From Eledone cirrhosa (Eukaryota), in assembly GCA_964016885.1 (NCBI GenBank), contig OZ024743.1, forward strand, positions 20,212,001 through 20,276,000: a stretch of 64,000 nucleotides of DNA, in the 5' to 3' direction. The notes below the pieces were generated by a model. It ran no database searches and had not been told where the DNA came from. It worked only from the letters and a program-made list of their open reading frames with translations. Below are positions 23,918 to 36,115 of this stretch, one piece after another (position 1 is the stretch's first letter; every line of letters starts with the position of its first letter). A program made the position numbers and the translations under genes.

Positions 23918-24333
23918 CTATTCTCAGCTAAGTTCCCAGACAATGCACGGACACTAGGAACCCATATAAAAATAATAATTCAGTGGATGTAGTAAGCACT
24001 GAAAAAATTCACTGCCTCTGGTCAGTAGTGGATTCTAAAGAATCAATCACGTGACACTGAGGTTAGTCAGTTAGGAGTGGGGTGGTATTATGACAAGAGC
24101 CTACTACTACTACTATGAATTAGCAGTAGATTTGGCAAGTTTGCTCAACAAATAATTTGGAGATAAATATAGAGAATTAATACATCTACCAACAGATGTA
24201 CACTAATACTAGTAAATATATAAGTTATGTCAAAGTACCTAGGTGGTTCAATGCAGGGGGATGCAGAACAATTATATGAAAGACGTAAAATAAGAAAATT
24301 TTAGAAATTAAAAATTAACTTACTAAAATTTTC

Positions 24334-24415
24334 ACTCCAACTAATTAGTTTCTGTAATGGGATAAATATAGTTACACAATGTAACTATCGAGAATTCATT
24401 ACGTCATCAGGGAGT
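24334..24415 (-). ncRNA. Type I hammerhead ribozyme (copy 2)
   Basis: Stem I ACTCC/GGAGT, core CTGATGA and GAAA, stem II extended by an ATAGTTACA/TGTAACTAT hairpin, palindromic stem III, GUU cleavage triplet. Confidence 0.85.
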
Positions 24416-24477
24416 CTATTCTCAGCTAAGTTCCCAGGCAATGTGCGGACACTAGGAACCCATATAAAAATAATAAC

Positions 24478-24706
24478 GACTTGTATCAGAGCTCCTTAGC
24501 AATGGTGCCAATTGACTTTCTAGGGTTCTTATCAATAGATTCCTGCACCTTTCATATATATTTGGATGTTCTGATGGTTTTAAAACTCTTAGTAGGTATT
24601 TTACCTTCGGCTACTGCTGTAGAATCCTTGTCAGTGGCTTGAAGTTCTTTGCGAACTTTAACAACAAAGGACCGTGCAACTTTCAGGAAGCAAACAATCC
24701 CTAAAA
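24478..24706 (-). pseudogene. Tc1/mariner-superfamily transposase N-terminal HTH fragment
   Basis: Translates as IVCFLKVARSFVVKVRKEL...TIRTSKYI*KVQESIDKNPRKSIGTIAKEL. Confidence 0.65.
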
Positions 24707-24708
24707 CA

Positions 24709-24741
<33 letters not shown>

Positions 24742-24745
<4 letters not shown>

Positions 24746-27700
24746 AAAAATTGAACGGGAACAAAACAGAGAGGCAGTACGAACAAAGGTTTATTAGTTT
24801 CACGCTCTTGAGAGTGGGGTGGTGGTGGGGAACGACGTTTCGGGCATAAGCCCTTCTTCAGGTGAAAAGTGTGTGGGAAGAGAGTTCCAAGGGTGTGTAG
24901 GGGAGTGGTGGAGAGACATAGAAAAAAGGGGGTGAGAGGAAACGGTACAAATGAAATTAAATATAAAAGCATAATAAAAATAAAAATAAACATGAAGTAA
25001 AACAGGTGGTGGAAGGGTATAGGGGTGGTGGCGGGTGGAGTGGGGAGAGGGAGGCGGGGTGTCTGAGCGGGGAGGGCTGAAGGTGGTGTGTGTGTGTGTA
25101 TGTGAAAGTAAGAGTTGGGGGAAGAACGGGGTTGCATGTTCAGGAAGAGGTGTGTGTGTCGGGGGGGGAGAGGATTCCGGAGGCTGAGTGCGTCAATATG
25201 TGGTGATATGGACGTGTGTGTGTGGTGTTTATGCGTGTGTGGATGTAGGTGGCATGTGGGAAAAAAATATTTTTTAGTGTATGTCAGTTGGTGAGTCCTT
25301 AAGGTAGTTCTGTAGAGGATGTGGTGGATGCTGGGTAATATCCTTGGGATCTGGTGGATTCTAGGGATCTATGTTCAATATGTCTAATCCGTGGTTGGTC
25401 GGAAGAGGGGAGATGTGGGGTGCGCACGCAACAGGAAGTGGTCAGAGGGTCAAGGCAGGAGGAGGGTTGTGTGTCTGTGTGTGCGGGGAGGTGGTCAGAG
25501 ATAAGGGCATAGCAGCAGTCGGGTAGGATGGTAAGTGAAGAAAGTCGGTGTGTCGGTGTGTGCGGAGGTGCGGCGGACAGGGGAGAGGATGGGTAGGTGT
25601 GAAAGTTGGAGTGAGGAGGGCGTGTGTGTGTATTAGTAGAAGTGTTAGTGGGATGTGTGTGTGTGTGAGAAAGGGTGTGGATGGAGCGGGGAGAGAAGGG
25701 TGTGGGGGCCGGTGGAGGGAGTGTAGTGTACTGGTGTGTGTGTGTGCGTGTTTGGATGAGTGTGTGTGTGTGGTGAAGGAGGTGTTAGTGGGTGTTAGTA
25801 TACTGGAGGTGGGGAAAGGGTTGAATGCAGGTGTGAGTGGGGGTCAGTGGTGGTAGGGTGTGTAGAGTGGGTGGTGTAAGTGGGTGTGTGCGTTCGTGTG
25901 CGTGAGGTCGGGGGTGTTAGTTGCGGGGTGGTGGGGTGAGGGTTAGTGGTGGTAGTAGGGTGTGTTAAGTGTGAGTGCGTGTATATATGTACCGGTGGGT
26001 GTGTGCGTGTGATAATGGGAGGGGGAGAAGAAGGGAGGGATGTTAGTATGTTAGTTGGCGAAGGGTGGTCGGGTGTGGGGTGGAAGTGTTAGTATTGTTA
26101 GTTGTGGGTGGGCGGTGAAAAGGAGGGGTGTGTTAGTGGTGTTAGCGGGGGATATGAGTGGGGGGAGGGGGGCGGTCGAAGGCTAAAGGAATAAGAGTGG
26201 AGAGTTCAGGCCGGGGGGAGTGTGGGTCTGTAGGGTGAAGATGGTTCGTTGTTCGACCCTGAGGAGAGTGGCGGGTGTTCCGTGACATTGGAGTAGGCCA
26301 CAGACTGTGAGGTAGTCTGCGGAATGTCCAGGGGCACCAAAGTGGCGGGCGATGGGGGAACTACTACCGAGACGAATATCTCGGAGGTGTTCGGTAAACC
26401 GGTCCGCCAGGCGACGTCCAGTCTGTCCGACGTAGGTTGCGCTGCACTCCGTGCAGCGAAGTCCGTAGACTGGGTTGGAGGAGGTGCAGCGGAAGGCGTG
26501 CCGGACAGAGCGAGAGTGGCCGTTGGGACCCTGGAAGATGGTGGTGTTGGTGATGTGGGGACAGGTTTTTGCAGCGGGGCCTGGAACAGGGAAGGGAACC
26601 AGGGGGGGTGAGGAGAGCATGGGTTGGGGGGTAGGGAGCTGTGGAGGGTGCGGAGATTGCGTGCGCGTTTGAAGGAGGGGAGTGGTGGGGCTGGGAAGAT
26701 GTGGGAGGTGGAGGGGTCGGACTGGAGGCGTTGGAAGAGGCGAAGGATGGTGCGATGGAGGGGTGGTAGGTGATAGGGAAGGGGAGACGGTGGGTGGGTG
26801 TGGGGTGAGGGTGGTGGAGCGGTGGACAGCACGGGTGCGGGTGAGAGCGGGGGGGGACCTCTGCGGATGAAATGGCTGACTAGGGAAAGGCCTGGGACTC
26901 AAAGTCAGCATCTCGGCTACAGAGGCGGCGGATCCTGAGGAGTTGGGAGTAGGGAATAGAGTGTTTAGTGTGTGTAGGGTGGGAAGAGGTGAAGTCGAGG
27001 TAGGAGTGGGAGTCGGTGGGTTTGAAGAAGGCGGAGGTGACGAGGGAGTGATGGGAGGGGTCGAAGGCGACGAAGATGTCTAAGAAGTGGATGGGTGGTG
27101 GAGATAGAGGAGGTGAAGTGGAGGGAGGGGTGGAAGGAGAGAAAGGAGTCGAGCTGTTCTCGGGTGAGGGTCGTGGCTCCAATACAGTCGTCGATGTGAC
27201 AACCGTACAGTTCGGGCGTGGGGCCGATGTACTGGGAAAAGATTTGGGCCTCAACATGGCCAACAAAAAGGTTGGCATAGTTTGGGCCCATTCTTGTACC
27301 CATGGCTACCCCCGTGACCTGTTGGTAAAACTCACCCGAGAAGGAGAAACAGTTGAGGGTGAGGACCAGCTCGGCGAGGCGAAGGAGGGTGGGGTGGAGG
27401 GGATGGGGGAGGGGCGAAGGTCGAGGTAGTGCTTGAGGGCACGTAGGCCGTCGGCGTTGGGGATGACGGTATAGAGGGACTTGATATCTAGGGTGAAGAG
27501 GAAGGGCTGTGGGCCGGGTGGGTAGGTGAAGGAGTCGAAAAGACGCAGGGCGTGGTTGGTGTCGGAGATGTGGGAGGGGAGGGTGGTGACAAGGGGGGGG
27601 GAGCATGCAGTCAAGAAAGGCGGAGATGAGTTCGGTGGGGCAGTTGCAAGCGGAGACGATGGGGCGGCTGGGGTTGTCGGGTTTGTGGAGTTTGGGGAGG

Positions 27701-27846
27701 AAGTAGCTGGTGGGGGTGCGGGGGGTGCGGACGATCAGGTGGGAAGCGGCGTGGAGGATGAGGGAGGAGGAGACAAGGTGTTGGATGGTGGAGGAAACTT
27801 GTTATTGGTAGAGGGGTGTGGGATCGGAGGGTAGAGGGCGGTAGAA
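24742..27846 (-). mobile_element. Penelope-like element 1 (GC-rich, 5'-truncated, frameshifted RT plus C-terminal GIY-YIG)
   Basis: YFLPKLHKPDNPSRPIVS, FTLDIKSLYT, GVAMGTRMGP, HIDD, FKPTDSHSYL; endonuclease VYGLRCTEC..YVGQTGRRL.DRF.EH..GLN; long 3' UTR with HHR and AATAAA; (TA)n on both sides. Confidence 0.95.
24830..24864 (-). ncRNA. Minimal hammerhead motif in the PLE 3' UTR
   Basis: CTGAAGA AGGGCTTATGCCC GAAACGTC with palindromic ACGT stem III; stem I is weak. Confidence 0.75.
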
Positions 27847-27892
27847 ATATATATATATATATATATATTTATTTATTTAATTATATATATAT

Positions 27893-28042
27893 ATATTGCC
27901 AGAAGTAATGGCAGAACACATTCACTGTTTGGTTGGTTTTCGCTTCTGTATCTTTTATAAAAGTGAAAACCAACCAAACAGTGAGTGTGTTCTGTTATTA
28001 TTTCTGGCAATATTACAACAATATGACCCTCCCCAAGAATAG

Positions 28043-28047
<5 letters not shown>
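27893..28047. repeat. Palindromic PLE pseudo-LTR remnant
   Basis: ATATTGCCAGAA..TGGTTGGTTTTC / GAAAACCAACCA..TTCTGGCAATAT; shares ATGACCCTCCC and AACCAACC with the PLE2 end; embedded in (TA)n. Confidence 0.7.
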
Positions 28048-28078
<31 letters not shown>

Positions 28079-28400
28079 CTATGGATGATTTGAAATATGA
28101 AGAGTGGAATTCAAAGTGCGGAAAATAACCATAACAACAGTCAATAGCAAACGATAATAGTAGTTTTATAAGATCAAATAAAATTCCCTTTGGGACAGAA
28201 AAAGGGGGCCAGCAGCCACTTCTCAGTAGTAGCTGCTGGCTGCTTGTTCCTGTTCTTAAGTGTACCTTACCATATTTCATAAAGCTATTGATAGTGATAA
28301 CGTTTTGTTACAGTTATTTTCTGATTGTGTTCCTACATTTATATTACATCATCATCATTGGAGTTATCTCCCCTGCTTTTCTTTTTTTTAAACGCATATA

Positions 28401-29295
28401 CGAGGTGGGTCAGAAAAGTTCCAGGACTGATGTCACAAAATATTTATTTCAAACCCAAACTTCACACTAAGAGTTTTCTCCTTCAAAGTAATCCCCCTGG
28501 GGTATGTAACTGAATCTTAGCTCTCTGCAGTGATCAAACTTTTTTCTTCATAATGTTATATACATGTTCTCTGTTTCAGGTTGTCAAGCAATGAGCACAG
28601 AGCAATGAACAAACTTGAAAACTCCATCAGGAGCACTGGGATTGCTGCAGCAAGTGTATGGAGTTGAGATGATGTCATGCTCACGTGTTTTTGAGTGGTG
28701 CAAGAGGTTTAATGAAGGACACGAGGACGTGGAAGATGACCCCAGGAGCGAAAGGCCCTCAACAACCAGGACTGAGGTCAACATTGAGCGCGTCGGGCAG
28801 ATGGTGCGTAGCAATCGTCGGCTTACTGTTCGACTGATGGCAAATGAGCTGGGCATGAATCAGGACAGCATCTGGAAGATTCTCACTGAAGATTTGGATA
28901 TGCGGAAAGTCTGCGCGAAGATGGTGCCAAAACTGCTGAACGATGACCAGAAGAGTCGATGCATGCAAGTGTGCCAGGACATCCTCGAGCACCTTGAAAC
29001 CGAACCAGACTTGCTAGGGACAGTCATCACCGGTGATGAGTCATGGATCTTTGAGTACGACCCGGATGGGACCCGTTTTGAAGAAGTGGACAACATCAAA
29101 AAGGCTGTGGCGATGGAACTGCGGAGGATCCTGAAAGAATCCTTCCAGGGGTGCATGCAAGCATAGCAGAAAAGGATGGAAAAGTGCATTAGACTCCAGG
29201 GGAATTACTTTGAAGGAGAAAACTCTTAGTGTGAAGTTTGGGTTTGAAATAAATCTTTTGTGACATCAGTCCTGGAACTTTTCTGACCTACCTCA
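28401..29295 (+). mobile_element. Internally deleted mariner with about 100-bp TIRs and TA TSD
   Basis: ORF 28615-29166: HTH, RSERPST, KMVPKLL, ITGDESWIFEYDP fused directly to GTRFEEVD; 28401-28500 is inverted at 29196-29295. Confidence 0.92.
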
Positions 29296-30299
29296 TATAA
29301 GGAGTTTTGGTCTTTTAATTGCAAGGTTAGTTGAAGTTAGTTGATTTTTTGTAGCTTACATAATTGAGAATCTGCCATATGTGGGTTTAACAGGCAGAAT
29401 GTGACCCTGAAGTATCTTTGTTCTTTCTTATTGATAATTTAAGCTGAAGATTAACCCCTCAACTATTTCAAGTCTCTTAATCAGTCAACAAAAAGATGGT
29501 ATATAATTGCTAAACCAGTGTAGCGTCAGAGTGCTGCATCATCTTAGATCAAATTTCCAATTTTTAGTCTATTTTTTTATAGAAAACTCTTTGCAATTAA
29601 TTTGTATAGATATTTCTGTGTTAGACGTAGATGCATGATTTCTGTAAATTCTATATTTCCTGAGTGACGTCAATGGTGTTTTCTACTGAGACTAATGACA
29701 CTACACAGGACAGAAATTATTTAATATGAATTCTGAAGGTGACAATTAGAATTATGCTATATATTTTTTCTCGTAAAAATTATAAATACATCTATATTGT
29801 GGTAAAATATAATTTTCTTTTTTTTGTGTGTTTATGTTCTTTTTGTTTTTTCTTGTATTTTTTTCTTTTTGTTTTTACTCCAGCCTCAAGCTTTTTGAAG
29901 ACTAATATAGAAATATTAATAGATATTTTATTTCAGACAGTCTGCCTGCAAATGCCTTAAAAATTTGTTAAAGTAAGAGAAATATTAATGAACACACTAG
30001 TTATAAAATAAAAGTAAACAGCATGAATTATGCTTAAACAATATACAATTATTACAGAACCATGTTTCAATTACCAGACAGTGTGTCTGTAAATATACAA
30101 GTAGATACCAAGAAAACACCCACTAAAACGGAGCAATGTTTGCACATATTTTCATTTTACAATTCTCGTCAAGTTGCAGTGGTGAATTAGTAATATATAC
30201 ATATATGTTATGAAATAGCTGAATACTCACAAACAAGTGTTAACAAAAAATAAATGGTTATTTTAAATATATATATATATATATATGTACATATCATTA

Positions 30300-31131
30300 T
30301 TGGCATCATCATCATCATTTCATTTTTACATCCATGTTTCCACACTTGCATGGATTTGGATGGGTCCTTTTCCGTACAGCATTTCTCAACACATCACGAT
30401 TCTTCGTCATCTCCACTGTGTGTTTCAGCTATCTGGGATCAGTTCTCACAACCCCCCTCCAGGTTTAACTTGGCCTTCCTCTACTGCAGCTTCTTCCCAC
30501 TGGGATTTCTTGGCACTTTTTCAGCCAGTGATAACCATGCATGTGCAACACATATCCATACCAAAGAAATATACTACTTCTGATTCCTCTTATACCCAGT
30601 TTTTCTTTCAGTTCATCCAGGCTCTGTCATTCTCTTACATTAACATTGCACATCCATCAAAACATGCTTGCTTCACTTCTCTCCAATCTGTGCAAATCCT
30701 CTGCAGTCACTGCCCATGTTTCAGAGCCATGAACTTCCCATACAGTCAACATAATACTGGTTTTTCATTTGGAGGGAGAAAACATTTGTTGTCAATAGAG
30801 ATAGTAGTTCCCTAAGCTTCTTCCAACCTATCCTTATGCTACTACTGATTAAATCACCTGTATAGCAGAAGCTATCAACCATTTCCTTGAAAAAGATGTA
30901 AATCATTGTCACTGCTATCAATCAACTCTGAACATCTGCACACAAAGTATTCATTTCCTGTTAGTCTACCTGTTACCAAACATCTCTTACATAACCAAGA
31001 TTTACATTGTGTATATCATATAGAATTCATGCCTATTCCTTTTCTACACATTGAGCAGGGTCACTTTTTTGAAGGTGTCAGAGTCCTATCTTCTTTCCTA
31101 CTTACTAGCACTTTAGTTTTGGGTAAGTTTA

Positions 31132-31135
<4 letters not shown>
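30300..31135 (-). mobile_element. Old RTE family A fragment
   Basis: Residual KWPCSMCRKGIG, VDSFCY.GD and GWKKLREL motifs with a (CAT)n tail. Confidence 0.8.
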
Positions 31136-31179
<44 letters not shown>

Positions 31180-31798
31180 TCATCATCATCATCATCATAT
31201 ATATATATATCTAATGCAAATGGAAAACCCAGGTTGTTATTTAAATCCCATCTTTAATTTCTACAATTGTTTCTATAGAAGTATATATAGTGTCAATATA
31301 CAGAATCAATCAATTAATCAATCCAACAATTAATAATCAATAATTTAAATGCATAAATCACCATTTGGAATTTGAATAACAATCTTGGTTTCCATTTGTA
31401 TTAATTATCTATTCTCTTCAGCTTTCAATGACTGATATTGAAACCCATCAGAGTATGCCTTTGATTTGGATTCCTGCATACTGTCAACTTTAATAATGTA
31501 TTGAGTTTGATGCACCTTACCAAAATAATAGTGGATTATTCCACTCTCATTATCTCTATTGCTATATATATACATATATATATATATACATATATATTTC
31601 AGCATACAGTTGTTTCTGGCTCAACATATGGACCTTCGCTTGAAGTTGTTCCTATGGTGTTCTTCTGAAGGTACCAGAATTGATAATCCTTGGAGTAATT
31701 GTAATTAGACAATAAGTTACACAAATGCACCATTCACTGTAAAAGAAGGAATAGCATTTATTGCATTTCTACCTATGTTTCATTAATATGTGAAGTTA

Positions 31799-31984
31799 GA
31801 GCGGTGGATTGGCAGTATCGGTAGAGGGTCGGACGTCATGCTTTCCAGCATAGTTACGTCCCTTTACGATCTGAGTTCAAATCCAGCCGAGGTTGACTTT
31901 GCCTTTCATCCTTACAGGGTCGATAAAATAAAGTACCAGTAATGCACTGGGTAATTGCTGGCTTTGTGCCTAAAGTAGAAACAA
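31799..31984 (+). mobile_element. Meta-like tRNA SINE with 17-bp TSD
   Basis: TSD ATTAATATGTGAAGTTA at 31782-31798 and 31984-32000. Confidence 0.92.
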
Positions 31985-34086
31985 TTAATATGTGAAGTTA
32001 TTGCAATTAGAAAGCGCTAATCCTGATATGATATTGGGATTAATAGGATTCCCTTATAGTAAATATACCTCCACACATCAATAATTTTCCAAAACAGAAT
32101 AACAACTTGAATTGATTTGGGAACATATAATGAGACTAGGTGCATCGATAGCAGGAGAAGATAAAATAGATATCAAATTGATAACCACTAATTCCTTTTG
32201 TAAACCATTCTTGTATAATCACACATATTCCTATTCTATCCCTTATTTGTCATAAGAGTTCTTTTTCAGAGTTACTGTCCTTCAAGACAGATAGCCTGTA
32301 ATGTGGCTCCAAATCCATGACATCAACCACTTTACAAAATATAGTGTAATAATTTTATCATGCCACAATCATTATAGAGTTTGCCCCATGCAGGAAGAGG
32401 ACTGAAGAGTTCTCCCAACCCTGTATCAGCTCTTACAAAGAGTAACTACTCTACTATATAAATATGTGACAGTCCTTATTAATGCCAATCACCAAATTCT
32501 TCATCTCATCATGTTTGTGCCTCACTCCCCCCACTGTACTTTGTTTTGCTAAACCTCTTCTCTTTACAGCAATGCTGAATGCCATTTGTTGTACCACCAC
32601 TACTAGAGAGACTTTTTCATGTAGAAGAGTTCCATCATGTAGTGAGTTCGATCTATTCAACGATGTTTCTATTCATTTCTTCATTTTTTTTTTTTTTAGC
32701 ATGGTTCAGAGAAAATTAAGGAAATATAAGTTCACTTTTGATGTATATAGATAGGAGCAGTTTAGGCCAATAGTGGTCCTGATTGAGTTGTCACGTAGGA
32801 TTTTGTAACAAATGACTAGAATTTATAATATAATTAAATAGTTTATATTGAAAATTTAATTATCCTTAGTTACCAAGAATTATTTAAGACAATGCGAACA
32901 ATACATAGTTAAATGTGACATCTTAGATCTATAATGGCTGCCAGAGTTCTGATGGCATCTTTCTCAATCAGCTTATATGTATAAATTGCTCTTCTTAGAA
33001 ATGCAGGATTATTTAAGATAGTTGAAACAATACATATATAGCAATACATAAATAAATGTGGATATTAGCAACAGGCAGTAAATGATGTAGTCATTGTTGA
33101 GCCGTGTGTGAAGTAATATAATTAAATAGCTCGTATTTAAAATTAAATAGTCCTTCTGAGAAACCTAGAATTATTGAAGATAGAGGGAACAATTCATAGA
33201 TAATAATAGATAAATAAATGTGACATTTCAGATCTATAATTGCTGCTAGTATTTTGAAGATGTTCTTCTCTTTCAATTTGTGTAAATAAATGAGAGATCA
33301 TTGGCATTCTTAAACATGTACCCCACCATGTGTAATAGTGATAAGAATTTCATAGAATTTATTATATAATTACATGGTTCTTATTCAAAATTAAATGGTC
33401 CATCTTAGAAACCTAGAATCATATAAAATAGTGGGAACACTACATAGATAATATTAGATGGATGACTATGACAACTCAATAATGACTGTCAGAGTTTTAA
33501 ACATGCCCATCACTCCTGACTGCTCCATTCAAATGAGAAATGGACAGAATTAATAGACATGGATATGATTTTGATAATAATTTTATAGAATTTTTAATAT
33601 AATTAAATGGTTCAAGGGAAGCAGAGGATAAAAAGTTCAAGTATGTTTTGCAGCGTGAGGACCTGAAGCAGGAGGTGTTCAGGATTGTGAGGCAGTGTGT
33701 TAAAGAAAATTGTGATGTCATTGGAGAGAAGTGTGTCCGAGATGATAACGGTGAGCTTGCCCTCACAAGTGCCAAGGAGAAAGCAGTGTGGAAGAGCCAT
33801 TATGAAAGATTACTGAATGAGGAGAATGCATGAGAGAAAGTGATCCTACTCAAGTGGAACCCATAGAGGGCCCAGCAATACAATTCAGCAGCAGTGTAGT
33901 AAGTAAGGCAATTAAAGATATGAAGACTGGGAAAGCAACCAATCCATTGGGTATAGCTGCGGAGATACTGAAAGCATCTGGGTTAGTAAGTCACACCATA
34001 ACCACACATTTGTATATTATTCTATGTACTATACGTACTATACCTTTGACGAGTTGTAGTGCACCTGAGCACTTTACACAATAATT

Positions 34087-34118
<32 letters not shown>

Positions 34119-34119
34119 G

Positions 34120-34417
34120 TTGTTCTTTGAGTCTCAGTCATTGATGTTATTTAACTGGAAAGTTTGTTGAAATGAATATCAAGCCACTACCTGCAGCCTC
34201 AGATATTCAGGACGTATCGGAGGGTTCTTGCTGTTCTCAGCAAGCATGCCTTTTAAAGTGTTCCAAAAAGCAGAGCGGGACCAATTTTCTTTAACCATCC
34301 TTGGAAACTCTTTGAGATAGTACCTAGTGCGCCTATGACAATCGGGACCACTTTGACTTCATGGCAGTTCCAAATCCTTTTTACCTCCCACTTTAAGTCT
34401 TGGTATCGGTTAATTTT

Positions 34418-34421
<4 letters not shown>
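34120..34421 (-). mobile_element. R4/Dong-like LINE 3' end in a (TAA)n microsatellite
   Basis: Translates as EKINRYQDLKWEVKRIWNCHEVKVVPIVIGALGT...KACLLRTARTLRYVL; (TTA)n on both sides fits known Dong targeting. Confidence 0.85.
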
Positions 34422-34483
<62 letters not shown>

Positions 34484-34596
34484 ATACTGTTAACCAAGTA
34501 ATACTAGAGTGCATCATACCAAATGATTGGTGCAGCAGCATCATTGTTAACTGCTACAAAGGTAAAGGAGATGCACTGGATAGAGGAAACAATGAC

Positions 34597-35873
34597 TCAT
34601 CATCATCATCATCACCGTTTTACGTCCGTTCTTCCACGCTAGCATGGGTTAGACGGGTTGTCCTGTTGTGTGCAGTGTTTGGTCGGCTGACCATGCCTTG
34701 CTCATACAGGAACTGATCTGGCTTGATTTCTACAGCTGGATGCCCTTCCTAACACCAACCTCATTTACAGTGAGTGCTGGGTGCTTTTTCGTGGCGCCTA
34801 CACGTCCACTTTACAGTGTGGGCTGGGTGCTTTTTTGCCGTGGCACCTCCACGACCACCTTGCGGTGGGGGGTGTGGGGGCATATTGTTTATATGCTTCA
34901 GCATGTACCCATGGGAGGTCGGGTACTCTGTATTACTGCGTGACGCCAGAAGTCACGGTCGTGTGTCATTGTCTTTGAGAGGTGTAATTGGGTAAGGTCG
35001 GCTTTTATCACCTCATCCCAGTTCATCTTGGGTCTCCCCCACTCCGCGGTTTCCATCAACTTCTAGTGCTCTGCACCTTTTTATGCAGCTGTCATCCTTC
35101 ATACGCATCACATGTGCATACCAGCGTAACCGCCTCTCCTGCATGCAGCATTTGATTCCTCTTATGCTCAGTCTCTCTCTCAATTCCTTTATGCTTTGTC
35201 GTTCACGTATATTACTGTTACACATCCATCGGAGCATGCAGGCTTCGTTTCTCTCTAATCTACGTAAGTCTTCCACCTTCAGCGCCCAGGTCTCGCTACC
35301 ATGCAACATCGCTGTTCGGATACACGCATCATACAGTCTGCCTTTCATTCTTAGGGAGAAGCCTTTTGCAGCTAGCAGTGGTAGTAGTTCCCTAAACTTC
35401 TTCCATCCTGTTCTTACCCTAGTTATTGTACTTTCTGAGCACCCACCTCCGTTGCTAATTCGGTCACCTAGGTAGCAGAAGCTGTCTACTGTTTCTACAG
35501 GGCCCTCCCAGAGATTGGTGGTACTTGTTTCCTGTGGCTGTTTGCTTGCTGTTTCAGCACAGCTGCTGCATGTGAATCCTACATTCTTAATTAAGCTTCC
35601 TGAGATCCCGCTACATCTCTTGTGTACCCATTGTTTGCATTTGGGGCAGAGAATGGAGTTCCTACCTACACCTTTCCTACATACTGAGCAAGGCCATTTC
35701 CCTGAGGGGATCTGGGTTCTGTTTTCTCGTCTACTTACAAGGACCTTAGTCTTTGTCATGTTGACTTTGAGGCCCTTTCTCTCTAGTCCCTGCTTCCAAG
35801 TTTGGAATTTATTCTCTAGTTCTACCATAGATTCAGCTATGAGTGCGAGGTCATCAGCATACAGGAGTTCCCA
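34597..35873 (-). mobile_element. Young 5'-truncated RTE family A copy
   Basis: ORF 35013-35828 with PHD-like finger and thumb motifs; 3' UTR and (GAT)n tail. Confidence 0.93.
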
Positions 35874-36007
35874 TACCGAGGAATTTAGTATACAGGTTGG
35901 TATCTACCAGGGCTCTGTTCTTAGCCCTCTCCAGTTTATTATCGTATTGCAGGCTATGACAGAGGAGTTTAAGACCAGAGGCCCATTGGAACTTCTATAC
36001 ATGGATG

Positions 36008-36115
<108 letters not shown>

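Larger units (their letters stand above)
23778..24476 (-). mobile_element. Retrozyme-like or PLE pseudo-LTR repeat (498-bp period, about 200-bp direct repeat)
   Basis: 23779-23977 is repeated at 24277-24475; each copy holds a hammerhead; no ORF between them. Confidence 0.8.
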
